From the NCBI RefSeq assembly GCF_964355755.1, contig NC_092678.1:12832352-12896351 (forward strand): a stretch of 64,000 bases of DNA. Reading direction: 5' to 3'. Of the stretch, positions 63,901 through 64,000 are shown in pieces. The translations under genes and the position numbers were made by a program. How positions within the stretch are numbered: position 1 is the first letter of the stretch; every line of letters begins with the position of its first letter. The notes beneath the pieces are model-generated. The model saw only the letters and a list, made by a program, of their open reading frames with translations, did no database searches and was not told the DNA's origin. Source of the DNA: Antedon mediterranea. Taxonomy: Eukaryota > Animalia > Echinodermata.

Positions 63901-64000
63901 CAAATGCATTAGAAAAAGACACTTTAGACAGAGCCCATACAAGATAAAATAATATTTTGGGATTGAAAAAAAGAAAATAATTCTATTTACTTTTTGTGTA

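Overview
AT-rich, intron-rich animal genomic DNA, probably a marine invertebrate (an echinoderm-like origin is inference only). It is not prokaryotic, so most short ORFs in the track are noise or exon pieces. There are three gene-derived units, all on the minus strand. (1) A plexin: 32 phase-consistent exons traced from 63305 to the stop at 29327, about 1395 aa (PSI/IPT ectodomain, TM helix, split GAP domain with RBD). Its Sema domain lies beyond the right edge, and two of the three conserved GAP arginines are substituted. (2) An orphan 3' fragment of seryl-tRNA synthetase (SARS1), including a UNE-S-like NLS tail, directly behind the plexin stop. (3) A multiply disabled pseudogene (6035-22958) for a 2x discoidin / beta-rich / C-type lectin / Cys-rich protein. 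The introns hold a young non-autonomous LTR element (644-bp LTRs, PBS, PPT, TTAT TSD) with non-gag/pol cargo, and a diverged truncated relative. They also hold a 936-bp TIR element carrying an SGNH-hydrolase remnant, a 3.1-kb foldback element enclosing an L2-type RT fragment, and a 5S-rRNA-derived SINE. There are further tRNA-SINEs, LINE fragments, MITEs and many minisatellites, several visibly born from a SINE head or a splice junction. All calls are by eye; no database searches were run.
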